Positions 17,101 through 24,364 of a stretch of 37,598 nt of DNA are shown piece by piece. Below the pieces are notes generated by a model. The model made no database searches. It saw only the letters and a list, made by a program, of their open reading frames with translations, and was not told the DNA's origin. Source of the DNA: Planctomycetota bacterium (GTDB taxonomy: Bacteria; Planctomycetota; UBA8108; UBA1146); assembly GCA_036338595.1 (NCBI GenBank), contig JAYZBV010000104.1:1-37598 (forward strand). The letters run 5' to 3'. The stretch's first letter is position 1. The number at the start of each line of letters is the position of its first letter. The translations under genes were made by a program, and so were the position numbers.

Positions 17101-19108
17101 TGTCCAGGTCTGTCCTGACGACCAGGGTGGTGGCCTGCAACTTCTCGGAGGCCACCATCACCGCCCAGGTACCCGATCCTTCCACGGGGAGATCTACACG
17201 CTGATGACAGGGGCGATACTTCGCGAATTCGTCGACTTCCACCTCGATGGTTTTCCAGGGATCGATCAGATCCAGGTCCAGTCTTTCGACCTCGTCCCTC
17301 GAGTTGTACTTGCGGAAGTAAGCCTCGATGTCGAGGGGGTAGATGCGCACCTCGACCTTTTCGATGTTACGAGTGTCGAGCGAGAAGGATGCCGGAGAAT
17401 CGGACCGGATCAGCCCGTCTGTACCGATCTGCAGGCTCTTCTCGGTCAACTCGCGAAGCCGTGCCCGAGCGGAGCCCTCGATCGGAAGACCAAAACACTC
17501 CCTGTAGGCCACGACCGCTTCTTCGAGGCGAAGCAGAGACTCCTCGAGAATGATTCCTATCTCTAGCCTGGCTCGGAATCCCTCCTGGGATTGCGGGTAT
17601 TTTCCGATGAGCCGACCGAGATCGGAGAGGCTCGCCTCGTAAAGGGTGGTTGCCCGGTCCCGTTTCTCGCCGCTGAGAGCCTCGATATTCCGTTTCCCCC
17701 TCAGTTCCTTTGCTTCGTGCGAGTGAGACAGGGCGCTACGCAAGAGCAACGGGAGAGTACGAGAATCCAGTGGGTAGCGAGTTGAGAACTGCTCGATGGC
17801 CTCTCTGCCTTCTTCCCAGCTGGAGTTGTCGAGAAAACGTTCACCGATTCTGGCATCGATGTGGATGATCGCTTCCTGAGCCCGGGCCCAGTCCGGCCCA
17901 TCGGGGGCGCGCTGGCCGTACTTGACGAAAGCGGATCGCGAGTCGACATAGCGTTCCATCTGCAAGAGCAGGTTTCCGACCTGGTACTGCGTTTTGCGCT
18001 TCAGGTCTTCAAGAAGCGCAGCATCGCCGGGGATATCCTCGTTGATGAAGTCATTCCAGTGGTCGAGCGCAGCCTCCGATTGACCGCTATCCTTCAAGAG
18101 TTGACCGACGCCGAACCCGGCGTGGATGCGCATCGGATGATCGGGCGCTTCCTCGTTGAATCTGCGCAGCGCAGCGATCTTCAGATCGACAGAGTTATAG
18201 GTTGCGACGATCTCCATCAGCGCATCGCCACGGATCATCTGGAGTTGTGCGACCTGGTCGCCCTGGAACTGATCGCCCCACGGCTCTTCACCTGCCAGGC
18301 TCGCATCGATGGTATCGACGAGGTCCTGATAGCCGCGTCGAGCGAGCACGCCTCTGGTAGCACGGCTGCGTGCTAGCAACACCTCGAACAGATGCATGCC
18401 AGCATCCTGTGCGTCAACTCGAGGGTCGAAGTGGGACGTATACCGATCCGCATCCCGGATGATCTGATTGCGGTCATTTTTCATCTTGTCAGAACATCGC
18501 ACGAGGCCCCACAACGATTCTTCCAGCAACAGCCTCGGAGGTACCAACTCGGCGGCCTGTATGTAGAGATCGCGTGCGCGACCGTATTGCGGCTTCGGCG
18601 GATCCGGCAACTTATCATCGGGTTCTGCCGAGATTCGATCGGCGACATCCAGCAGTATCTGTGCCAGTTCCTCGATCCTCGCTCCCGATCGAAGTCGCTC
18701 TGTTTCTTCCTCGAGGATCTTCTGCGCCTCACCGTAACGTTGCAGTTTCGTCAGCAACTGACTGCGCCGAAGTCGTGACTTGTGGAACCAGGGGCTCTCT
18801 GGATACTGATCCTCGAGCACCTTCAGCGCCTGGATCGACTGCTCGTATTTTTCTGCTCTCTGGAGCAAGACCGATCGATAGAGGAGCCAGTCGTCTCGTC
18901 TGGTGGGCTGCTCCTGCTCCAGCTCATCGAGCAATTTCAGACCCGAATCGGTGTCGTTCTGCAGCAGTGCCAGCCGCAGCGGCTCGGGAAGTGACATCCC
19001 GGGCACATCGAGTGGGGTGTCATCGATCGCATGAGTGAAGGGAAGGGCAGCCAGGATCAGGATCGCCGTGAGGACCGGGATCTGAATTGACGGGAAACGG
19101 GGTGACAT
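11186..19108 (-). CDS. Giant (2640 aa) exported TPR-containing alpha-2-macroglobulin-family protein
   Basis: Signal peptide and TPR-like helical repeats at both ends. MG2 signature FLTDRATYRPGDTVHWRAVVR, bait-region flank LAVIDVAV, A2M segment TGPDGTARITF...TTWRIRAQA, TED-like QNTDGGWGW, and C-terminal GTVPGQYRVPP. GGAGG ribosome-binding site. Confidence 0.85.
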   Translation of the reverse strand: MSPRFPSIQIPVLTAILILAALPFTHAIDDTPLDVPGMSLPEPLRLALLQNDTDSGLKLLDELEQEQPTRRDDWLLYRSVLLQRAEKYEQSIQALKVLEDQYPESPWFHKSRLRRSQLLTKLQRYGEAQKILEEETERLRSGARIEELAQILLDVADRISAEPDDKLPDPPKPQYGRARDLYIQAAELVPPRLLLEESLWGLVRCSDKMKNDRNQIIRDADRYTSHFDPRVDAQDAGMHLFEVLLARSRATRGVLARRGYQDLVDTIDASLAGEEPWGDQFQGDQVAQLQMIRGDALMEIVATYNSVDLKIAALRRFNEEAPDHPMRIHAGFGVGQLLKDSGQSEAALDHWNDFINEDIPGDAALLEDLKRKTQYQVGNLLLQMERYVDSRSAFVKYGQRAPDGPDWARAQEAIIHIDARIGERFLDNSSWEEGREAIEQFSTRYPLDSRTLPLLLRSALSHSHEAKELRGKRNIEALSGEKRDRATTLYEASLSDLGRLIGKYPQSQEGFRARLEIGIILEESLLRLEEAVVAYRECFGLPIEGSARARLRELTEKSLQIGTDGLIRSDSPASFSLDTRNIEKVEVRIYPLDIEAYFRKYNSRDEVERLDLDLIDPWKTIEVEVDEFAKYRPCHQRVDLPVEGSGTWAVMVASEKLQATTLVVRTDLDIIVKAGRREVLVFAQDMLQGKPAAGVDVLIAIKDRFGNDDHQELQEVKTGSDGTVHIRYENLKDSDDVKVLAMRGGDSAVTGLRLDGTILTTGRAPRVNFLTDRATYRPGDTVHWRAVVREVDSDTGLWINPQGKEGHATLVTPGGVEVLTSKGTFSDAGTLSDSFVLPLEAPHGTWTIQVSGSEDATGQHQFMVENIAPLAIDLRIESEQLVHVRGETIQATITAQTWYGEPLAGTPVVVHFNDGHTENYTLDEKGEAKIQQDTRDELGSVVTLTVTVPEYGLSRSTSVMIAESMWQLALQIPRESGDYIIGESVPVSITATDASGHPVERDVKVRLVQNLRTGGRWVENTIETRELRTDTDGHGEARIPLDDSGSYAIIAEGIDRIGNRITSRLAVTVSGEDEERGLIWLVERTTIDVGETVALELQNTRSSSPALLTIIGDGILEYRIVDLDADRNSIEIDVLSSMYPEATVQLSMMETSRLYEAQIVFRVRKQLILEVIAPAEAVEPGSEVTLEVISRNLQGEPIPAEIALAVIDVAVDDLYPGYFQDLKGDISRRNRSSHIVTSATSCGFKYEGETIEISKALLDEDEYALEEMELMERRNSLGSLLVAGRPQAPANDARFGYNFQGGLPEAETIMAGGGAGGAYGQRFGRGRTLTMGGKASLAKNKAGESLGEERPSLTNNNFTAHWEGALMTGPDGTARITFIAPPHSTTWRIRAQAIGDDDLFGNSAGSFIARNEISVDPILPSSAMEGDLIEPRVRIVNSSGTRGRATVAIRIGGGDGAFEVTSDLVLNEGMQELTLGEIGPLPADPELPVEITLKVDGEAGPRTIRQIRTITVRPWGLMASGKAGGSLDTRVTRTIRLPGSSHWLDRTLSLWIGSSLSQVLVDLAADSTPGHRIQFGNDLASRAARLRGSISVLTMARRSGKEIAPQKLDLIRNKIRGLIGHLSMTQNTDGGWGWRGGESTPRTSAEVLIALGKAKSAGFTVPQSVLGKAIPAVERMFRSAAASRDDLKAHLLDALSVCGVGDFAAANRLHRSRDRLSSSTLAHLISSLVAMKRLPMASEAASLLLTRMKADGSWSPTPVGKSASDLDYWYRDPLVVTAMAVESCSLAGKPLSALESSIQWLEDRRPWDHGLGSGLALAALAVVDVESASAATDCEIEFFIDGEPTKLMSVNPNQPSVTAFFELGDGKGDLEIRLVTRGAGKPHWAALLSARTTDYPKVVESSFAPRPTRYLRSAPRQDGQEVGIGFSITRDRKNQWLNHVKKLPLGDSTEVSFSVHDRPDGESNGRIRRDPEHLQLDLIIPAGMSFVDGSLKGRIDTHRLDGNSLQIWTRIQGGFTISYSLVGTVPGQYRVPPPVIRSVSVPSRISIGEATTLTVLSRGRPTDDEYRQTPDEIYNRGRMHWEAKRWREARELLTGLWEQYNDQIRPGVRKEVARILLLSAIEAGDNSAMVSFFEVLKEQNPDLNIEFDKVIRIGEAYRILGEHPRSIQIFLAVIQETFGRDIRVPGVLEDRDLKASLQLLLRLVMEYPDLPPVLAADQTLADLALSRADDARRASWGLSPAELSFFGIELLRRFLYTHGDDPTAPDAGLNLVSAFLDLEDWRRAADESGTLATVFNDSQHLDSFRYTRAVALWSLDQEEEALQLLQQIVDARYETASGNTRTSENRDLALYIIGQIHHAANQTEAASKYYEQVVDFFEDARASLARFRAKELELDEISDFRPGDPVNIELRYRNIDEAEVLAYKVNLMTLALREQDLSRVTEVNLSGISPTISTTVELGKIGPGGGAMQATTEVTLPIEDVGAYLIIVRGGDVHTSGLVLINQMELVVEALSGTLRIQSIDPVTDELIPDVQVRVLALGDVHSGTTDRRGLFISDGANFMPTVIARRSSSDYAFFRAPGGSVIREGQQQLDVAPAQQMEIQDYLQNVIQSNDFNRTARDGAWRSELKKVRKGIQIKQASD

Positions 19109-19164
19109 GAGGCCTCCGATGGGGTCCAGAGGGGGGTCCCGGAAACTTTGCTTCCGAGACAGGT

Positions 19165-19192
19165 GAAGTTCTCATGCGGGAAGGAGAACTTC
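19165..19192. promoter_or_regulatory. 9-bp perfect inverted repeat (GAAGTTCTC-N10-GAGAACTTC) upstream of the A2M-like gene
   Basis: Arms at 19165-19173 and 19184-19192, directly downstream (minus strand) of a putative promoter. Confidence 0.5.
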
Positions 19193-19204
19193 GGGCTAGT
19201 TAGC

Positions 19205-19232
19205 ATCCTAGAGCGAATGAGTGTCCAGGCAA
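19205..19232 (-). promoter_or_regulatory. Putative sigma70-type promoter of the A2M-like gene (TTGCCT-N16-TAGGAT)
   Basis: Minus-strand -35 at 19232-19227 and -10 at 19210-19205; pattern match only. Confidence 0.35.
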
Positions 19233-19266
19233 GGGAGACCCATCGATCCGGAGATGGTGTCAGGGG

Positions 19267-20196
19267 TCAGGATTCCATCAATCCGAGGATTTTGCCCCGA
19301 ACCCCTACCGTACAGCGAGCCTCGACCAGCATGTCTCGACGTTGATCGATGGCGTATCCGGACCAGTTGAAGTCAAAACCCTCACCCACCCTGAGCAGGA
19401 AGGAACCGGTGTGCCACGGGCGAGAGGGCGGATCCCGGCGGCTGGGTCCCAGCAACAGGTGGGTCAATCCCCTCGGTTCGAGGTCACGACGCACCGCTTC
19501 ACTCAATACGCCCAGCGGAATGTGACCCGAGTGCTGGCCGATGTTGGCGGTTCCTGCGAGAGTCGCCATCCACTCGCCCAGAGGTGAATCGCCATCGACC
19601 TGTAACGACCAGGGGTGTTCACCCCTGGCACGAACCACCGCATCCAGATTTCGATCATCATCGGTTTGAATCTCTTTCGGAGACCAGTCGGCGCTTCCTG
19701 GAACTGCATCTGCGGTGATGGCGAACACGATACGCTTCTCGACTCCATCACAATCGGCCAGCCAGACGCCGCAGAAGAAGGAAGGATCCTCGGGATCGTC
19801 GGGGTTCTCCTTGACCTGTCCAAAGGTGAATCGTCGATCGGATCCTCTACGCCCCGTCTCGGATACCTTTCCAAGATCCCAGCGCTTGCCACCGGAAATC
19901 TGGCGCTGTTTCTCCAGCTCCCGCTTGAGCAGCGGATTGACAAACCCCTTTCGCGGAGGCGTTTGCTCCTTGAGACACAGTTCAATCAGTTGAAGGTTGG
20001 TCCGGATGAATCGCTGGGCGTCGCAGAGGTCGAGTCCACAACCGTCCAGTGGCGGAAGTGACGAGAAGCACGAGATCAACTCGGAGTATTCAGTCTCTGC
20101 AAGGATGCCCTTGTCCAGCGCACGCTGAGCGATGCGATGGGCTACATCTGCCGGTGGCAGTTCTCCGATTCCTGTCATCCAATTCTCCGATGCCAC
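19267..20196 (-). CDS. Hypothetical protein (309 aa), no family recognised
   Basis: The longest ORF filling the gap, with protein-like composition, divergent from moeB. The start could be GTG 20196 or ATG 20178. Confidence 0.65.
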   Translation of the reverse strand: MASENWMTGIGELPPADVAHRIAQRALDKGILAETEYSELISCFSSLPPLDGCGLDLCDAQRFIRTNLQLIELCLKEQTPPRKGFVNPLLKRELEKQRQISGGKRWDLGKVSETGRRGSDRRFTFGQVKENPDDPEDPSFFCGVWLADCDGVEKRIVFAITADAVPGSADWSPKEIQTDDDRNLDAVVRARGEHPWSLQVDGDSPLGEWMATLAGTANIGQHSGHIPLGVLSEAVRRDLEPRGLTHLLLGPSRRDPPSRPWHTGSFLLRVGEGFDFNWSGYAIDQRRDMLVEARCTVGVRGKILGLMES

Positions 20197-20378
20197 GGCA
20201 CTCCATCCGACCGGTTGTCTGGCTCGCCTCGATTCTCATGTATCCTGACAATTCTTGCACGCTTTAGATGAGAGGTCCCTTTCCGATGGGGAGTGGTCGG
20301 TGTAGACCAAGGGTCGGGTCTCGAAGTGATCGTTGGCCCGCGTCGATCGATCGCCATCACCAGGGAGAGAGGAATCGG

Positions 20379-21527
20379 GTGGAACCCTCGAATCAGCTCG
20401 ATCCGGAGCCGGGCGACCCAGAACTTCTGGAAGTAGAGGCTCTGCAGGTGGCTCGTTGGCTCGAGGAGCAGTCGCCACTGCGCATCATCGACGTTCGTGA
20501 GGCGGTGGAACTGGTGTCCGGGATCCTGCCCGGGGCGATCCATATCCCGCTCGGCGACCTGGCGATGAAGGGCTCGAAGGGGCTCGAATCTGCTTCTGGA
20601 GACTGCATCCAGCGTCACGAGCCACTGCTGGTCTATTGCCATCTGGGGATCCGATCACACCAGGCGATGACCTGGCTACGCAAGAACGGATTTGAACGGT
20701 GCCATTCACTCGTGGGAGGGATCGAGCAGTGGGTCAGCGCCGGCCTGTCACTGAGCCGTGGTCCCGGTAGTGAAGGTCTGGAACCGCAGCAACTGGAACG
20801 ATACGCCAGGCACCTGACGATTCCCGAGGTGGGTGTGGAGGGGCAGAAGAAGTTACTGGCCAGTAGCGTGCTGGTGGTCGGCGGAGGCGGGTTGGGCTCA
20901 CCTGCGGCGCTCTACCTCGCCGCAGCGGGTGTCGGAAGAATCACCATCGCCGACGATGATGTAGTGGAGGCCTCCAATCTTCAACGACAGGTACTGTACA
21001 GGAGCGATGAGATCGGGCAGCCGAAGGCGAAGGTTGCTGCCAGAACTCTCTCCGCTCTCAACCCGACGATCCGAATCGACGCACTCGAAGAGCGCATCAC
21101 TGCAGCAAATGGCCGGGAGTTGATACGAGATCACGATGTCGTGATCGATGGAGCGGACAATTTCGAGACAAGGTTCCTGATCAATGATCTCGCAGTGGAG
21201 GAACGAACTCCCGTGGTTCACGGAAGTGTGTTTCGATTCGAGGGGCAGGCGACGGTGTTTGATCCCGCGCAAGGGGGGCCCTGTTTGCGATGCCTGCATC
21301 CAGAGCCACCGCCAGAGGGGTTCTGTGCCAGTTGTGCAGAAGCGGGGGTTCTCGGCGTGATGCCGGGCATCATCGGCACCATCCAGGCAGCCGAGGCGAT
21401 CAAGGGGATGCTGGGACAGGGGGTCTCGATGCGGGGGAAACTGCTCGTCATCGATATCCTCAACGGGGCATTTCGACAGATCAGCATCCCGATCGACCCC
21501 AGTTGTATTACCTGTAGCCAGTACTAG
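20379..21527 (+). CDS. moeB: Rhodanese-MoeB/ThiF fusion (sulfur-carrier adenylyltransferase/sulfurtransferase, MoeZ-like with N-terminal rhodanese)
   Basis: Rhodanese IIDVRE...YCHLGIRS...SLVGGIEQW. E1-like domain ERYARHLTIPEVGVEGQKKL, GGGGLGSP, SNLQRQ, DGADNF, CLRC, SCAEAGVLG and CITC. GTG 20379 follows GAGAGAGGA. Confidence 0.9.
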   Translation: MEPSNQLDPEPGDPELLEVEALQVARWLEEQSPLRIIDVREAVELVSGILPGAIHIPLGDLAMKGSKGLESASGDCIQRHEPLLVYCHLGIRSHQAMTWLRKNGFERCHSLVGGIEQWVSAGLSLSRGPGSEGLEPQQLERYARHLTIPEVGVEGQKKLLASSVLVVGGGGLGSPAALYLAAAGVGRITIADDDVVEASNLQRQVLYRSDEIGQPKAKVAARTLSALNPTIRIDALEERITAANGRELIRDHDVVIDGADNFETRFLINDLAVEERTPVVHGSVFRFEGQATVFDPAQGGPCLRCLHPEPPPEGFCASCAEAGVLGVMPGIIGTIQAAEAIKGMLGQGVSMRGKLLVIDILNGAFRQISIPIDPSCITCSQY

Positions 21528-21529
21528 AC

Positions 21530-21625
21530 ATTACATACGCTATTGAATACAGGTTTTCTCAGTAATCTTTGATAAATCGTATATTGCAATTAGGCATTAT
21601 AGACAGTTTACTTGACGAGTATTCG
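21530..21625 (+). promoter_or_regulatory. AT-rich intergenic island, probable promoter/regulatory region of the dockerin-protein pair
   Basis: Strongly AT-rich relative to the window, with several TTGAnn hexamers; no unambiguous -35/-10 pair could be assigned. Confidence 0.4.
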
Positions 21626-21685
21626 GAATGAGAGCGTGGAAGAGATCCCTGGGCAATGTGATCCGGAATCACTGCCCAGGGAATT

Positions 21686-22591
21686 TTGAGGAGCATTCTA
21701 TTGAAGACTGAAAGGGCCACCTATGGCCTACTCTTTCTGCTTCTATGTGTAGGTACTGTCAGTGCCCTGGATGACACGGTTTTCCTTGGAGGGCGATCCG
21801 ATTCGCTCCTCTTTGACCCGACCGTGAGTATTCAACCGGGAGGTGTGCAGCACTTCTCCTTCTTCTACAGTGATCCCTCCAGCAATCTACAGGGCTTCAC
21901 GATCACGGCATGCTTCGAGGGGCCTCTGGTGGCATTGCCAGGCACCTTCACCGTCGAGGGCAGCATTCTCGACGATGTCGATGCGGAGTATGTCGCCATG
22001 CAGGCCGATAACTCAGAGGATGATGGAGATGGGCGTCAGATCATCATCGGAGTTCTGATCGATGCTTTGCCGCCCTTCGATGGTCAGACCGCTCCTCCGA
22101 CCTTCTTTCCACAGGAGATCGGCAGGTTCGATTTTTACGCCCCCGAGGACATCGATTGTTCACGATGCTACCCCATCACCTTCTGTAATCAGATCAACGG
22201 AAACGGCAATGTGGTTCTGTCCAACAAGGTGGTGATCGATAACGAATCCATCGATCCGGCGGGGTTTTACGATGGCCAGGTCTGCGCTCCGGCCAATGCG
22301 CTCTTTGTCCGTGGGGATGCCAACAATGATGGCCTCTTCGATGTCGCCGATCCGATTTTCATGCTCAATTATCTGTTCCTGAACTCTGCTGAGCCACCCT
22401 GTCCAGATGCAGCAGACGCGGATAACGATGGATTACTCAACATCACAGATCCGGTATTCATGGTCCTGTACGTCTTCGGAATAGGAGTGGCGCCCCCATA
22501 TCCCTTTCCAGATTGTGGACTGGAGAGTTATCCAGATATCGACGGGCTGGACTGCCAGGTTCTCAGCCCTGCATGCCCGGTCTGTCCCTGA
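21686..22591 (+). CDS. Secreted protein: beta-rich (cohesin/Ig-like) domain plus C-terminal type-I-dockerin-like double EF-hand module
   Basis: Signal peptide ending TVSA. FVRGDANNDGLFDVADPIFMLNYLF...CPDAADADNDGLLNITDPV...PPYPFPDCG. Confidence 0.75.
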   Translation: MRSILLKTERATYGLLFLLLCVGTVSALDDTVFLGGRSDSLLFDPTVSIQPGGVQHFSFFYSDPSSNLQGFTITACFEGPLVALPGTFTVEGSILDDVDAEYVAMQADNSEDDGDGRQIIIGVLIDALPPFDGQTAPPTFFPQEIGRFDFYAPEDIDCSRCYPITFCNQINGNGNVVLSNKVVIDNESIDPAGFYDGQVCAPANALFVRGDANNDGLFDVADPIFMLNYLFLNSAEPPCPDAADADNDGLLNITDPVFMVLYVFGIGVAPPYPFPDCGLESYPDIDGLDCQVLSPACPVCP

Positions 22592-22618
22592 GCTGTTGAA
22601 GGGAACGAGGCGTTCCAG

Positions 22619-24364
22619 GTGAATATTACGCGAACCCTGCTGGCACTGTGTTTGGTCATGGGCGGTTCTTCTCTGCTCGAGGCGATCGATCGCCTGGTCC
22701 CTTCCGTGTATCCCACCATCATGGACGCGATGACAGTTGCCCTCGATGGAGATCGCATCCTGGTCAGCGCTGGCACCTATCCGGGACACATCAGTTTCCT
22801 TGGCAAGCAGGTCGAGTTGATCGGACTGGACGGGGCGATGGAGACCGTTCTCGACGGCTTCGGGACCTACAACTGCGTCATTCGAATCGATGCGCCAGGC
22901 TCTGGAGCACGGGTCTCGGGTTTCACCGTAAAAAATGGTTTTGGCACCAGTTGTGGACTTCCGCTGGCGCTCTGTGGTGGTGGAGTCCTGATCACGGCAG
23001 GCTCGCCGACCGTCGATTCCTGCGTTTTTCTCGATAACAGCTCGTCGCGAGGTGGTGCCCTGCATTCAGAGCAGGCATTTCCGATCATCGATGGGTGTGT
23101 CTTCATGGGAAACTTCGCCTCGCAAGGAGGAGCCATCTCGGTTCGCGGGGGGGATGCAACCATCACCAACTGCGTCATCGTGGATAATCAGGCCTACGGA
23201 TGGGGAGGCGGAATCGCTGCTGACTTTGCCACGGTGGAGGTGAGTAACTGCATCCTCGAAGGAAACGAATCAGAGTCCGGTGGCGGGATGTTCATCACGG
23301 AATCGATCGCGACGATCAGCGTTTGCACCATCCGCGATAACGTCGCGGTGGATGAAGGTGGTGGGGCCCTGCTCGATGAATTCAGTACAGTTGAGATGAC
23401 AGACTGCGAAATCTCTTCGAATAGCGCACTCCGCGGCGGGGGTCTGGCAGTTACCCACTTCTGCGACGCCCTCGTCGAGGGGTGCAATATTATCGGCAAC
23501 AATGCCTATGATAATGGCGGAGGCGTGTACTCCTTCGAGTGCTTTGCTAAGTATCGCCGCAACCGGGTCACCAACAACAGTTGTGGTCTCCAGGGTGGCG
23601 GTTTCTTTCTGAAATACTTTTCCGATCCGCTGCTTGAGAATTGCCTGATTCAATACAATTTTGCTCCCGTTTCCGGAGCAGGTGTTACCTGTGTTGAAGG
23701 GGTCTCTGCTCGAATAGTGCATTGCACCATCGACAGCAACACGACCTGGGGAACAGGTGGTGGGCTCCATGCGGATTTTCTGTCGTATCCGATCGTCATC
23801 AACTCGATCGTCTGGCGTAACAATGCCACCAGCGGTACTGCCTTCTCTTCGGGAGAACTGGCCAGTTTCACGCTCGATCACGTCATCATGCAGGGTGCAG
23901 ATCCTGACGACCCGGTCGTGATGCAACTCGATCCAGAACTGGACGATGACGGGTATCCAGGGGAGTGCTCCGCTGCCATCGATGAAGGGACAGATCTCGT
24001 CGAGGATCTACCTGATGTGGATATCGATGGGGTGATCAGACCACAAGGCCTTCGCAGAGATATCGGTGCTTTCGAGGCTGCAGGAACGGGGCACTGCTTC
24101 ATCCGTGGCGACTGCAACAGTGATGGAGAACTGGAACTCTCCGATGCGATCGCAGCACTGGGATATCTCTTCTGGGGAGAATCTCTCCATGGTTGTGCCG
24201 ATGCTTGCGACTACGATGACGACGGCTGGGTCAGCATCGGAGATGTCATCAGCGGATTGCTCTACTTCTATCAGGGGGGATCACAGCCGGCACCACCCTT
24301 CCCCAACCCTGGCCATGATGTCACTGCTTCTCAGTCCGATAGTTGCTGGATTCTTGGCCCCTAG
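22619..24364 (+). CDS. Secreted right-handed beta-helix (pectin-lyase-like, GGA/GGG repeat) protein with C-terminal dockerin-like module
   Basis: VPSVYPTIMDA...GDRILVSAGTY...GKQVEL start, and repeated N-x-A-x-x-GGG/GGA units. AIDEG...DIDG..RPQG...DIGAFE (choice-of-anchor-Q-like), then FIRGDCNSDGELELSDAI...CADACDYDDDGWVSIGDV. Confidence 0.85.
   Translation: MNITRTLLALCLVMGGSSLLEAIDRLVPSVYPTIMDAMTVALDGDRILVSAGTYPGHISFLGKQVELIGLDGAMETVLDGFGTYNCVIRIDAPGSGARVSGFTVKNGFGTSCGLPLALCGGGVLITAGSPTVDSCVFLDNSSSRGGALHSEQAFPIIDGCVFMGNFASQGGAISVRGGDATITNCVIVDNQAYGWGGGIAADFATVEVSNCILEGNESESGGGMFITESIATISVCTIRDNVAVDEGGGALLDEFSTVEMTDCEISSNSALRGGGLAVTHFCDALVEGCNIIGNNAYDNGGGVYSFECFAKYRRNRVTNNSCGLQGGGFFLKYFSDPLLENCLIQYNFAPVSGAGVTCVEGVSARIVHCTIDSNTTWGTGGGLHADFLSYPIVINSIVWRNNATSGTAFSSGELASFTLDHVIMQGADPDDPVVMQLDPELDDDGYPGECSAAIDEGTDLVEDLPDVDIDGVIRPQGLRRDIGAFEAAGTGHCFIRGDCNSDGELELSDAIAALGYLFWGESLHGCADACDYDDDGWVSIGDVISGLLYFYQGGSQPAPPFPNPGHDVTASQSDSCWILGP

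Noticed and set aside
21530..21625. dif site or mobile-element end in the AT-rich island
   Set aside because: I found no XerC/XerD-type 11-6-11 dyad, terminal inverted repeats or nearby recombinase/transposase. A promoter region is the simpler explanation.
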